Below, one piece after another: positions 12,911-25,731 of a stretch of DNA of 64,000 nt. Every line of letters starts with the position of its first letter. The first letter of the stretch is position 1. The notes under the pieces are model-generated. The model did no database searches, had not been told where the DNA came from, and saw nothing but the letters and a program-made list of their open reading frames with translations. A program made the position numbers and the translations under genes. The stretch is from Phoronis australis (taxonomy: Eukaryota > Animalia > Phoronida): contig NMRA01000024.1 of NCBI GenBank assembly GCA_002633005.1, positions 1 to 64,000 on the forward strand. Reading direction: 5' to 3'.

Positions 12911-15683
12911 AGGAGAATGCCACCCGATTTAATTAGTCTTTTTTGCCATCTTAATCGGTCTATATCCACATGGCCTCGCGTACGGTCGACCTTACCTTGC
13001 CAAGAGGTGTCGCGTTAACCTGTGAGGAAGGTGAAAAACGACGCAAGCGACGTCAGTGGTTCACATGCAGAGTGAATGCCGCTATGTTGCGGTGCATCGT
13101 TCCCGCTTGTCTGAACTAAGCAGCTGCGAGGAAAGCAGGTATATCGGTTTTTTTACTGGAGAGTCCGTAATGCTTAGGAACTGATTCATGGTAGTGAAGA
13201 ATGAAATGTACTCTGTAAATAGCAAGTATGAGGCCGTGAAACATATCCGTGTCTGTGGCCCGTGCAGACGTCGACAGTGCATGACGAATGCCAGCTTACC
13301 AAATAACTCCGTACGTTCCGTTGTCTGAGCTTGTTCACGGAGCCCCTCTAATATTTCTTCATCACTGTATTCCTGTTCGAATTGATAGCCCGTAAAACTT
13401 AAAGATCCACCTGCGAAGTCGAGACTGATGAGCTCTAGCTCGTCCTAAGTCGGGATTGCGAGTTGCCATGTTGGCGTTTCTACTGCGAGCGTTCTGTTTC
13501 AAAATGAATTATTCTCACCCTAACCAATACTTATGTAAAACTGAAACAAAGTCTGTCTCATTAGATGCAATTTGTAATGCCTTTGGAGTGTTCGTGAGTG
13601 CAAATGATTTGAGAAGCCAGCAATGAATAAATCACTGCTTTACCGGCTTTAGGTGCAATATAACTAATTGACGGGACACCTAGGCCGTGTGAGCTCATGC
13701 TAATTTAGTGTTTGCTGGCAAAAACTGTTGTCAAACAACTCGATTTCCATCCTACGGCCATGTGTTAGGGGAATCTTTATTCACATTTACATTACTCAAA
13801 TAATGATTCTCAATGTACAACTTTTGCCCTGACGGTGCTGTGGCCAAAGCGGAACCCGCTGAATTCGACGAGTAAGTAGATTTGCAGTTTCGTGGCTAAT
13901 TCACCAACATAATCAGGTGCACATTACTTTGGCTCACTACTGAGTATAGTATTTTCTTGACTGGAAGTTTAGTTTCACTGAACTTTGGCTGGTTTATGTT
14001 CGTGATTTCTAATCAGTTTCCGAGCCACTCACTGGCGGAGATAACGAGTCAATCCCGGCCGGCCGGCCGCGACGGGCCTGATCGGGCTCCGAGCCACTGC
14101 CAGGCTAATAAGCGTTTTTTGTTGAGAACTAAAAAAATCACAAGTCTAAACAACACAGATCTAGGTTCTCCTGTCTGTATCTCACCGAAAATACTTCGAC
14201 ATTAGTCTCCGAACAGACCCCAAACTCCTGCTACGGAACTTATTGGCCTGCCGAACTTTGTAAGCTGCTTGAAGTCATCGTTCAACACCAATAAATCATC
14301 AAACTTCGATGTAAAACCCTTAAAAATACACAGAGTTCTTATAAAAAACGTGTTGTTTTATTTCGCTATAACGGATTTATTATTTGGAAACATCGTAGCC
14401 TACAGAGTTCGGCAGGCCAATTTACCAAGGTCCGTAGCAGGGGTTTGGGGTCTGTTCGGAGATAAATTCATTCTTCCGTGAAATATAGACAGGAGAACGT
14501 AGATCTGTGTTGTTTAGACTTGTGGTTTTGTGAGTTCTAAACACACAAAACGCTTGTTATATCCCGACCAGTGGCTCGGAAGCCGATCAGGCCCGTCGCG
14601 GCCGGACTGACTCACGAACATAAACCAGCCAAAGTTGGGAATTAAACTTCCAGTCAAGAAAGTACTATACTAGTGAGCCAAAGAAGTATAATGTGCACGT
14701 GATTGTGTTGGTGAATTAGCCACGAAACTGCAAATCTACTTACTCGTCGGGGACCGCGAATTCAGGTTCCCCCTTGGCCAAAGAATCGTCAGCGCAGAAG
14801 TTGTACATTGACAATCATTATTTGAATAATGTATAGGTAAATAAAGATTCTCCTAACGTCTTGCCGTGGGATAGAAAATCGAGTTATTGTTTCACAACAG
14901 TTTCTGTTAGCAAACACTGAATTAGCATGCGCTCACACGGCCTTGGTGTCCGGTCAATTAGTTTTATTGCACCTAAAGCCGCGTGACGCAGTGACTTCTC
15001 AAATCATTTGCACACGCGAACACTCCAAAGGGTATTACAAATTACATCTAATGAGACAGACTTTGTTTCAGTTTTATATAAGTATTGGTTAGGATGAGAA
15101 TAATTCATTTTGAAACAGAACGCTCAGTAATAAACGTCAACATGGCAACTGAACTCGCAATCCCGACTTAGACGAGAGCTCATCCGACGAAGACTTCGCA
15201 GGTGGATAGTTAAGTTTCACAGGCTATCAGTTCGAACCGAGAGGTGCCGTGAACAAGCTCAGGCAACGGAATGTATGGATAGATATTTGGTAAGCCGGCA
15301 TTCGTCAGACTCACTATCGACGACTGCAGGCCACAGACACGGAGATGTTTCACGGCCTCATACTTGCTATTTACAGCATACTTTCCATTCTTCACTACCG
15401 CGAGCCACTTTCTAAGCATTTCGGACTCTCGAGGAAGTCGAAAAAACGATATACCCGCTTTCCTCGCAGCTGCATACGGTTTAGACAAGCGGGAACGATG
15501 CACCGCAACATAGCGGCATTCACTCTGCAAATGAAACACTGACGTCGCTGCGTCGTTTCTCACCTTCCTAACAGGTTAGCACGACACCTCTTGGCAAGTA
15601 AAGGTCGATCGTATGCGAGGCGATTTGGATATAGACCGATTAAAACTGTAAAAAAGACTAATTAAATTGGGCGGCATTATCCT
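12911..15683. mobile_element. Non-autonomous Kolobok-like element forming a 2.77-kb palindrome
   Basis: TTAA|AGGAGAATGCC ... GGCATTATCCT|TTTA termini. Arms at about 12911-14267 and 14395-15683 are reverse complements. Each arm carries a THAP remnant (GISFFRLP..RKW..HLRVC) and an opposing KolX-like N-terminus (GYQFE[P/Q]). Confidence 0.8.
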
Positions 15684-16812
15684 TTTAGGCTATTTGAAGG
15701 TATAGGCCTACTTTTGAAAATGAGCGGTTTCAGGGTACCTGGTATACTGCCTTTGGAATTGTCTCAAAATCCCCTGTTGAAGCAAGATTACACGAGTTTA
15801 TGGTGTCTGGGTGCAAATGGTATTCGGGGTCTCCCCCGTACTCGCATTTCAATATAATCGCCGGGAGTTTAAATTAAGCTGTGTTTGTTACATTCGATGC
15901 TCGGGTCTACTATTTAGTTAAACCTTGTAGACGTTCTCTGTAGGCAGTGCCATGGTAATCAAACGGAAGTTTTGGACTGAGAACGAAAATGTATGGCGCA
16001 AAGCCACTGGAAACTCAAAGACGTCAATAAAGTGCCAATACATTTAATATTCTTGCCAACTTCACAAATAATGGATTTAATTGAGCATCCTCTTTATGCC
16101 TTTGTCATTTGAAGAGTGGATATATTTTAGGAGAATTTGTAGAACTTCATCACCCTACACCAAAATTCACCGAAACAGTGCTTTAAGCGTTATTTCATAT
16201 CAGCAAAATCATCTCGCACATTTTGCGGCTACTATTTGAGGTTCGTATGATAGAGCTTTTCTCGAGCTTCAGCTTGGATTTAAGTGAATTCAGCTTCACC
16301 CCAAGTCTACGTGTAGGTATTAGGGTTCGTGAGTTAAATTTATGCTCCAAAATCGCTCAAATTTTATTTATGATTGCCAGTACTTCGCACAGGGAGTTAA
16401 AAATCGTACTCTTGGTAGTTTGATTGACAAAATCGTGTGAGTCTCCTACAAACAACTTCCTCTTCACCAACCACGCTTTCCTAATGATGAACTTCAAAAG
16501 AACCTATTCTTATTATTCTTCGGTAAAAGTGTTGATCTTTTTATGTAAACATTTGTGTAATTCACTGATAGCGGTTTTCAAGCTCTTCAAACTCCCATCT
16601 TTTCAATAGCGGTCTACCCTCACATTTTGGTAGTTTATGTCACGTGTCTTGACGTTTCTCTGCTTCGCATGAACGTGTTTTGTCTTCTGAGTTTTAAATC
16701 TTACCTACTTCCTTTGAATAGTTACAATACCGGGTTGAGTTCCTTAGTCACAGCTGAGGCCATCGTTGGACCTCGTCTGCGTGAGCGGCCTTTACGAATC
16801 ACTGATATAACT

Positions 16813-17341
16813 AACAAGAGCAACGCAGAGCGTTGAAATGCGCCCACAATTGCACCGTATACGGTATCTTTCTAGTGTTGTTTATTAGTGCCATAAAGTG
16901 GCCAGTAGAGGGCATATATGTAGTATGTTGTACTTTGCAAAATGGAAAAGCATGGTCATTGTCTCCTCAATAGGCTAGGGGCAAAATGTGAGTGATCTTC
17001 ATAATACAAGCACATCCTATACATCAGTTGCTTAAAGCACCACAGAAACATAGAATTAAAAACAAATTTACCAACATACGCAATTAGCACAGCATTAGAA
17101 TGCCAGAAACAAATTTCTACTTGGAACTTTTCCATCATAGTCACGAAGTAACACAAAGTATACACCTTAAGACCTATGAAAATATAGAGGTCAATGTAAA
17201 ATACTTAAATTGCCACTAGAGGCATACCGGTAGTCAGAATCATCCTAAAGTCGTCATCGTCCGTTGTCAACATCACATAAATACACTTGCTAAATTTAGT
17301 AAAGATCCTGCAAACGGTTTGGGAGATACAGCCATGGGCGC
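16813..17341 (-). mobile_element. Helentron/HINE-like element, truncated by the gap
   Basis: AACAAGAGCAACGCAGAGCGTTGAAATG end and GCCACTAGAGGG-type subunits shared with 25085-25663 and 42177-43800. Confidence 0.65.
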
Positions 17342-18323
17342 NNNNNNNNNNNNNNNNNNNNNNNNNNNNNNNNNNNNNNNNNNNNNNNNNNNNNNNNNNN
17401 NNNNNNNNNNNNNNNNNNNNNNNNNNNNNNNNNNNNNNNNNNNNNNNNNNNNNNNNNNNNNNNNNNNNNNNNNNNNNNNNNNNNNNNNNNNNNNNNNNNN
17501 NNNNNNNNNNNNNNNNNNNNNNNNNNNNNNNNNNNNNNNNNNNNNNNNNNNNNNNNNNNNNNNNNNNNNNNNNNNNNNNNNNNNNNNNNNNNNNNNNNNN
17601 NNNNNNNNNNNNNNNNNNNNNNNNNNNNNNNNNNNNNNNNNNNNNNNNNNNNNNNNNNNNNNNNNNNNNNNNNNNNNNNNNNNNNNNNNNNNNNNNNNNN
17701 NNNNNNNNNNNNNNNNNNNNNNNNNNNNNNNNNNNNNNNNNNNNNNNNNNNNNNNNNNNNNNNNNNNNNNNNNNNNNNNNNNNNNNNNNNNNNNNNNNNN
17801 NNNNNNNNNNNNNNNNNNNNNNNNNNNNNNNNNNNNNNNNNNNNNNNNNNNNNNNNNNNNNNNNNNNNNNNNNNNNNNNNNNNNNNNNNNNNNNNNNNNN
17901 NNNNNNNNNNNNNNNNNNNNNNNNNNNNNNNNNNNNNNNNNNNNNNNNNNNNNNNNNNNNNNNNNNNNNNNNNNNNNNNNNNNNNNNNNNNNNNNNNNNN
18001 NNNNNNNNNNNNNNNNNNNNNNNNNNNNNNNNNNNNNNNNNNNNNNNNNNNNNNNNNNNNNNNNNNNNNNNNNNNNNNNNNNNNNNNNNNNNNNNNNNNN
18101 NNNNNNNNNNNNNNNNNNNNNNNNNNNNNNNNNNNNNNNNNNNNNNNNNNNNNNNNNNNNNNNNNNNNNNNNNNNNNNNNNNNNNNNNNNNNNNNNNNNN
18201 NNNNNNNNNNNNNNNNNNNNNNNNNNNNNNNNNNNNNNNNNNNNNNNNNNNNNNNNNNNNNNNNNNNNNNNNNNNNNNNNNNNNNNNNNNNNNNNNNNNN
18301 NNNNNNNNNNNNNNNNNNNNNNN
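17342..18323. other. Assembly gap (982 N)
   Basis: Run of N. Confidence 1.
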
Positions 18324-18394
18324 TACATACATACAGTACATGGAAGTTCGAAAAATAAAATGAAAGCGCTCCGAGGAGCGAACCTTGGTGAAAT

Positions 18395-18640
18395 TAACCA
18401 AAATGATGACGATAAAGATGATGACGACGATGACGAATATGACGACGATGGTGGCGAGGATGAACAAAAGAAGTAATAACAACATACACATGACAAACGT
18501 AGAAGTCCGAAATCAGTAAGAAAAAGGCTACAGTCTTGTGCGACACTTGGCGAAATTAACGGAAAAGACAACGACGGAGAAGATGACGAAGATGATGACG
18601 AATATGATGATGGTGGTGGCGATGATGAACAACATCACAA
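18395..18640. repeat. (GAT/GAC)-rich microsatellite in two imperfect tandem units
   Basis: GATGACGACGATGACGAATATGA blocks at about 18402-18470 and 18570-18630. Confidence 0.7.
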
Positions 18641-19213
18641 CATTTATATGATGAACTTAGATGTCATAAATCAATAAGAAATGGGCTACAGTCTAGTTCA
18701 ATAGAAGGTAAACCAACATCAATGCAGCAAGAGCGCTCAACAAAGGAACAGCGTTATCAGAAAATCTCAAATAACTCGAAAAGTAGACGTCCTAGCGAAA
18801 AATGGAAAACGTCATCTGAAAGCCCGTTCAAAATTCTATCTAAACTGATGGTATCGTCCAATTCCGTAAATTTTTCGAAAAAAATGAAATTTTGATTTTT
18901 TTAAAGAAATTCAAAGTCAAATAACTCGAAAACGGTAAGTCTGAGAAAAAAATTGTTACAGGCCATTTGAAAGAATATCCTTCAAAGAATCCACATGCAA
19001 AAAATCACGTCTTTTACTCTTCCTGTTTAAAATTGCACTCCAGCACGACTGAAAATCGGTCAACATGTGCCAGATCCGCCATCTTGAAAGCAACTTCCGG
19101 TTTTTTGGTTTTGTATAATAGCATGTCATAAGAAACTAATACCTGTAAAAATTCGAAGGAATTGGTCTCATAATGCGCCCTCTACAGGAGAAAACGTTTT
19201 TTAGGCCAAAATC

Positions 19214-19826
19214 GAGGTGCGCACGCGCAATCGCCGATATTTCCGCCATCTTTAACCAGAAGTAAACAATTTCCGGCATACTTGTAGCACACTTCCGGTC
19301 CATTTACTGTGCCCATTCTTAGCCTTTTATGTAAAAATTGTAGCCTCCAGAAGCATTTGAACCTTTAAATAGAAACAAAATGGCCGCCACAGCCGCCATC
19401 TTGGTTCCGATTTGATGAAAAACAATAGGCTTCCAGTACTTCCGGAAGTACGTGTTATGTGTAAATTTCATGATGATCAGACGAAAATTGTGACCTGTAT
19501 CGTGCGAACAAACAAAAAAAGAGGTGCGCATGCGCGATCGCCGATATTTCTGCCATCTTTAGCCGGAAGTAAACAATTTCCAATATACTTGTAGAAAACT
19601 TCCGGTCCATTTACTGTGCCAATTCTTAGCTTTTTAGGTAAAAAATTGTAGCCTCCAGAAGCATTTGAACCTTTAAATGAAAACAAAATGGCCGCCACAG
19701 CCGCCATCTTGGATCTGATTTTGACGAAAAACAATAGGCTTCCAGTACTTCCGGAAGTACGTGTTATGTGTAAATTTCGTGATGATCGGACGAAAATTGC
19801 GACCTGTATCGTGCGAACAAACAAAC
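19214..19826. repeat. Two tandem ~307-bp units within a HINE-like repeat (about 18728-19835)
   Basis: Units begin GAGGTGCGCA at 19214 and 19521 and end CGTGCGAACAAACAAA. The two units are highly similar. Confidence 0.85.
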
Positions 19827-20085
19827 TTTAATAGTGGAAGAGCAACATACTTGGCGAAATAATAAATAATGGTACAAATTTTACAAATGAGTCCTACAAA
19901 ATACAACGTTCAATAATATAAAAAAATAATTGCAGGCGGTCTGATACACGTTGTACCAGACTTGCGCAGGCCTCGCATGTGGGCCCATTGCACTGATCAC
20001 CTGGAAATATTTTTATGCTTTATTAATATATGGTTAAAACCGAGCTGAGGAGCTAGAAACCTGGCTCAAGGGTTTAGCAGTGTGA

Positions 20086-20153
20086 CCTGGTGGAACTTGA
20101 ACCCACGACCTCGAGTAATGAAAGCGGGCACTTATCAACCAGGCCACACTGCC
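20086..20153 (-). mobile_element. tRNA-derived SINE head
   Basis: Minus strand GGCAGTGTGGCCTGGTTG ... GTGGGTTCAAGTTCCACC, with A-box and B-box motifs. Confidence 0.5.
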
Positions 20154-20653
20154 TCCTCACAATGATCAATAAAATGGCAGCAAGTTCTACTTTAACACAT
20201 TATGCAAAGTACTGCATACACACATTATATGGAAGTTCGAAAAATAAAACAAATAATGGCACAAAGTTTACAAATGAGTCCTTCAAAATACAATGTTCAT
20301 TAAAATGGAGGCAACCTTTTCTCATTTTTAGTAAAAATTAGGTTTGTTGATTTTCCCAGACATTCAGTTAATAACAGCTTCTCGTAATTTATTACTCTTC
20401 TCCTACTCCGGAAGTGACGTTTAGGGAGTCAAGAATTACTTGCCAACTTGGTTCTGTGTTCCGAGTTTATTGTGGGTATCTGTACTACCGTTTTCGTGCT
20501 GTTTTTCTAAAATTGTAGTGACCACATCCCATCGACGAGTATTCTACGACAAGCTAGGTTGCTAGAAAACTCAATTATGTTGGATTCAGGGATTGTTTGG
20601 ATTTTGTAACCTGAAAATGGCTGGAGTGGCCACATCACAGTGACCGTAGTGAC

Positions 20654-21059
20654 GTGAGTGACGGAGACATTGTTCATAACAGTGGTGATGAGGAATTTTT
20701 TCATGGACAGTCAGTGGGCGGGTACATGTTTGAGCCCAATTATAATGAGGCAGATTACGCACAGACACAGGCAGCTGTTGAGAGGAATGAGGCAGACGTG
20801 GTGGGAGGTCTTGGTGCAAATGTACAGTGTGCACTGTTATGCCGACCTCAATGGAATGCCTACGCTGTTCAGAGTTTGACGAGGCCAAGCCACTACTGGA
20901 AACTGTATCAACTTTTCACATGCCTTGCTTGACACAGCATCCTGACTTCCGTGCCCATGTGAATGCATCCTGGTGTGCTAGACACCTTCTTTAGAAGTCG
21001 CATAGCTTACTGGGGGAGGTTTCCGAATCCAAGGGGTCTGGCAGAAGCCTGACGAATGC
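20654..21059 (+). pseudogene. KolX / P2X7 C-terminal-like cysteine-rich protein, frameshifted
   Basis: GYMFEPNYNE, then after a frameshift WCKCTVCTVMPTSMECLRCSEF...CLTQHPDF. A GTAAGT donor follows at 21060. Confidence 0.75.
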
Positions 21060-21140
21060 GTAAGTAAAAATATAGCCATTCTGATTGTAAATCTTGTTAA
21101 TATATGCTCTAAACTAAGAACACAGGTGACAATAGATGAA

Positions 21141-21498
21141 TTAGTGCCTCCAGTCACTGAAACGGCCACAGCTCGCGAGCATTCTTGAGGGTGGCGATGA
21201 GGCACTGCCGGAAATCAACAATGACGGTATGTCACCCTTCTTCAGGGGTTGTTTTGCAGGGACCTTCATCAATTCAGCGTACATATCTCTTTCGTAATCC
21301 GTCAGCAGGAAATGCGTGCCACACATTTGGTAATTCTCCACTGCTTTGTACAATGTGTGGCCGGGTAATGCTGCGTTCTTCAGACGAATGAGCCAAGTAC
21401 AGCGAAGTGTGTCATCTTTCGGAAAGCGATGTAATGGTACACCCAGAGTGCGCGAGAGGACAATGAGTACATCTCGCTATGCAGCAACTGTGCGGCGC
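21141..21498 (-). pseudogene. THAP domain (transposase N-terminus), frameshifted
   Basis: PHSCCIARC / LHRFPKDDTLRCTWL...MCGTHFLLTD...LKKGDIPSL, showing the C2CH ligands and an AVPT-like box. Confidence 0.85.
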
Positions 21499-22745
21499 GT
21501 TGACTGACTCGTAAACAAAAGCAAACGATGACCGAACTTATCACAACTGAGATAGAACAATGACATTCGACAGCTCACCCACTCAGACTATATGAAAACA
21601 AATGGAGCGAAATTCTTGACTCCCTAAACGCCACTTCAGGAGTATGGGATGAGTAATTAACTAAATTACGAAAAGCTGTAATTAACTGAAAAATATAATC
21701 AACCAACCATATTTTTGCTAAAAATGACATGAAAAAAGGTTGCCTTCGCCTTTAGCACTACCTATTGTATAAAAAGGATATTGTTGCACTAATATATAGA
21801 ATTGCAATTCTTCAACTCAGTGAACAAATTGTTGCACCTTGAAAGCTTGTCATCACCAGGCTCGACTCTTTTATGAGAAGCAAGTCACTCAAATTGAAAA
21901 CTTCCCCCCATTATCATATCGGAAGTACCTGAAAATAAAGAATTTTCCACACCAACTGTCAATGATTCTATGATAATGGAAGGCAACAACCCACACTGTG
22001 CTAATTGTCACCAAGCTCTTGTGAAAGAACCAGGTGGGGATCAAACTATAAGACAAGAGCAAACGGCAGCTAGAAACAACCCCTATTAGGTTTTTATGGT
22101 GAACGTCCACAGATTTACTACACATGGTCGCACAAAAAGTCATATAAACTTGATGACAGCGTTACTGGATAATCACTTCCAATGAAACCCAATACATGTC
22201 AAAGAAAAAATGGTCCACCAACGGCTGTCTCCATAAATCTGAGAGTAAGGGTGTATAGGATAGAGACTGTGAGGCCAAGTTCTAGTGACAATCACTTTAC
22301 ACCCCCCAGTGAAAAACATGGTGACCAAGAGGTCTCATCAGGCTTTTTCATTGGATATTTACAGTGGGAGAACCCTGGATGCCTTTTTATTTTCCTAGCA
22401 TTTTTCACGTTTTATTCTTTATAGTTTTCCATAATGTCATTTTCTAGCTTTTACGTCAGTAGTCAACATGGCAAAGCAAGCTAAAAAAGTTAATGGTATG
22501 GTATTCTTCACTTATTTAACATACAATATTGTTGGCAAGTGAAATTCTAGTTTGACATCTTGCTCCACAAAAATAATGAATAAGGAATTTTAGTCTATCC
22601 TTTGTATAGATTTCATAAAAATTTTTTGCTGTACAGTAGTAAGCCTTTAAAAAGGAAAATTACAATTTTGCCAATTATTTTTGTGAAAAATAAGTGTAGA
22701 CTTACCATACACATCTCAGATGCAAACAAAACACTTACCACAATA

Positions 22746-22795
22746 TTATGGAAAAGGCTCAGCGTCCACTGGTTCATCATATATGTGGGGGTCTG
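22746..22795 (-). CDS. TNFR-Ig receptor coding exon 12 (terminal: T-DPHIYDEPVDAEPFP*)
   Basis: TTCCTCTTGCAG acceptor, phase 1 fits exon 11, TAA stop. A GTAAGT donor lies 7 nt after the stop. Confidence 0.55.
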
Positions 22796-23299
22796 CTGCA
22801 AGAGGAATGAATCTGGATAAAACGTTATTTCAAATGAATAAAAATACCAGTTATGACATGAAAAACTGTTGCGTTGTTAATTAAGACACTTATTAATTAA
22901 CGACAAATTAATGATTTATTCAAAATTTTGAGTGCAACAAAAATACTTTTTCCAAAAGATAATTTAGTAACTCTGGACACCATATCCACAACTTAAGACG
23001 CGATTTTTCCTGGGGCTTGCATATAAGACTGGTGTTTGGGCCCCTGAGGGAAGGGAAAACCCAAAAATGAACTTGTTGAGGAAATACAAATTATAATTGA
23101 TTACTGCTATAGACAAAATACAACTTAAGACATGAAACATCCAAGAGACTTAAACTTACTAATAAACTACCAATTAACTACTTACTCTCAAATACAATGA
23201 AAATGTACAGAAACGCAATTTAAGATATACCAGGGGTCACTATGCTGGCTACAAATTAAAGCTGAGCTACTTGAATCCCATCTAGTGGCAGTACACGGA

Positions 23300-24860
23300 A
23301 TTGTGATGCATGACACAGTCTATTGGTTCATGCGATTAAACCGAAATTCAAAAGGTAATTCACTCTGTTGTAGTCATCTACACCGATTGTAGTTTAAGCA
23401 TTCTGTGAAGCCTCTCAGAGATCCCACAGCTAATACACCAGAGTCTGTTAACATCGCTGGTCCACCCGATTCTGGGATAAACTTTTAAATGGCTCTAAAG
23501 TAACACATAAGAAATTCAATGTAGAATACCCCAAACATTATTAAGACCTTGTCGAATTCTGGCTGACTGGCGACTTGGATTCGATGAGCAGTCTTTGCAA
23601 CATCTAGATCATATGTTTCTAGGCCACACATCTGGCAATATTCCTCTGCACACTTCATGTCCACGTCATTTTTTGTGATGGGTTGGCTCAGTTTAATATA
23701 ATGAACAACTTGCTTCGGTAACTTATCTTGGTAAAGACGTGCGTTAAATCCATCCCACTTTGGCGCAGTTTCTGAATTAAGGTTGTCGCGTACGAGGAAT
23801 ATTGTATCCATTACTAGGCGTCTTAATTAATAACCCCAGGCTTTTTCACGTCTTAGTAAGTTGCATCCTTTTAATTTGGGCGGTGATTAGAATGAACAAA
23901 AACTTGAAACGGATGTTGCACTCAAAATTTTAATTAAATGGATTTTGGGCCCTCTTTTGGACCCTACAGGGACCAAAGCCCAGGATTGCGCAACTTCAGA
24001 TGCCCCTTTCCCTCAATGGTTGGTGATTTACAATAGAATTATTAAGCGCTAGCATAGTTAGAACTCTTCTTCATTGTTAGTTTACTTAATTAACAACTGT
24101 TACAGGTGGTTATCATATAATAAATTAATCAAATGAATTTAACCATTCTCTCTCCATCTACGAACAATCTCAAGAATAGCTACCCACAGTCTATTTCTGA
24201 CAAAAGCCCACCAAGAAATATAATAACCAATCTGTGACATAGGGAGTTGAGCTCTTTGTTGCCTAATGCCTTTCAAGATTGATGCCAATGATGCATTAGC
24301 AGGTGAAAGAACGAGGATTAGTTAAAATGATCAAAACAGCTCACCCAAATATTGTCGTTATTTCTAGTACACTGAGTAGTATTCCATGAACCAACAAAGA
24401 GACTTCACTTCTCTTTCAATAGAAACATGCTGTTATTTCCCTTCCCAAATAGGCCAAGATGCCATTGAAACTGATGGTTTGTAACTATAAGTAGGTTAGG
24501 TTGTGAATGTTTTGAAACCAAAAAATTTCCTGAAACAGGCGTTCACAGAAAAGTATGTTGGGAGCTAATAAAAGCGAACATTTCAAACTTTCTGGGGTGG
24601 GCATAAAACTGACCAGTGCGCTAACCCTGCCCAGTGTCTCCTTAGGAAAAATTGGGACATAGACTTCAAGTTGTTCTTTAAGAATTTTAAAAAATACAAA
24701 AATCACTGATTTCGACTAGAGAGGACTACCCTTTCCAAATTGACCATAAATCCAGATATCAATATGGTCCATTGTTGAGGGTTCCCATGGTCTTTTGTCT
24801 GACATGACTGCAGGCCAATAATCAACGGGTTCCTGGAAACCGAAACCTAAGACCACCTGT
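23300..24860 (-). pseudogene. Decayed DNA transposase, probably Academ-type
   Basis: PKWDGFN...TYDLDVAKTAHRIQ...FDKVLIMFGVFY...SGGPAMLTDSGVLAVGSLRGF..NYNRCR, with stops and frameshifts. A partial second copy starts at 26326. Confidence 0.65.
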
Positions 24861-25731
24861 TTTTTTCATCCTATGTCCTTACCTAAGTTTCCACAACATA
24901 CTGAAGTTCAGAAGCCAAACAGTTCGAAAAATCACCGGTTTTTATGCACGATATATCAGTTTATTTTAGCCCTCTTGTTCTATTGGACTTTCCTTACTCA
25001 AGGTCGAAGGTTCAAGTCCCACTGGGCCTGAATGCTAGACCCTTGGGTCAGCTCAGTATTAATTGTATATTAATAAACTAGCATAACAACAGCAACACAG
25101 AGCGTTGAAATGTGCCCATGATTCCAAAGCAAACGGCGTGCGTCTAGGAGTGTTTATTTGTATCATAAATTTAATATCCTACGGAGGGTTCGGGACGCAA
25201 AAAAAATGAAACTAGGAGGCATCACGGTAGACCTCCCAAAATCCTCAGCCACACGAGTTTTCAAAATCATCCATACAAGTAGAGTGTTTGGTTGATACAG
25301 GGGGGTATGCTTAAAACAGACAACAAAACAGTAAAAATGGCCACTAGGTGACGTAAAATACCTCGAATCCATCTGAAAACATCTCATTAATAGATGCCTA
25401 TCTGACAAATTTTATGAAAATCCATTGAGGACCTCTTGGATATAGAGGTAAACATAAAAAATAAAACTACCACTAGAGGGCACACCGGTAGTTGGATAGG
25501 ATCGAAATTGGTTGTCATTCGTTGTAAGATTCATAGAAACATAACGGCAAACCCAATCAAGATCCTATGAGGGATTTAAGAGATAAAGCTGCTGACACCG
25601 GATGCCCAGACAGAAATGACGGCAATATGCCCCCACATAACAAACATGTGGACGAATAAAAATGGTTCCAGGCAATCAGTGCAATGGGCGCATCTGAGTG
25701 GCCTGTGAACCAGATCACGAGCAATGAATTA
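23546..25731. repeat. Copy 1 of a ~2.2-kb near-identical direct duplication
   Basis: Aligns along its length with 26326-28503, with scattered SNPs and small indels. Confidence 0.95.
25085..25663 (-). mobile_element. Short Helentron/HINE-like element (duplicated at 27859-28435)
   Basis: Family termini and a CCACAT..ATGTGG hairpin. A paralogous empty site GCATAAAAATGGTTCC at 29390 shows insertion in an A/T run without a TSD. Confidence 0.7.

Larger units (their letters stand above)
20304..21751. mobile_element. Internally deleted Kolobok element with convergent KolX and THAP-transposase remnants
   Basis: TIRs of about 135 bp (GGCAACCTTTT...CGTTTAGGGAGTCAAGAATT), TTAA at the left junction and TTAG at the right, with two convergent decayed genes inside. 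Confidence 0.8.

Noticed and set aside
15700-16620. Possible decayed coding sequence on the minus strand
   Set aside because: Stops in the frames I read and no motif I can recognise.
17205-18571. Four long ORFs (358-432 aa) in the ORF track
   Set aside because: They are artefacts of translating through the 982-N gap.
18395-18640. Acidic (D/E-rich) or hydrophobic (I/V-rich) peptide
   Set aside because: It is a trinucleotide microsatellite with no splice or domain support.
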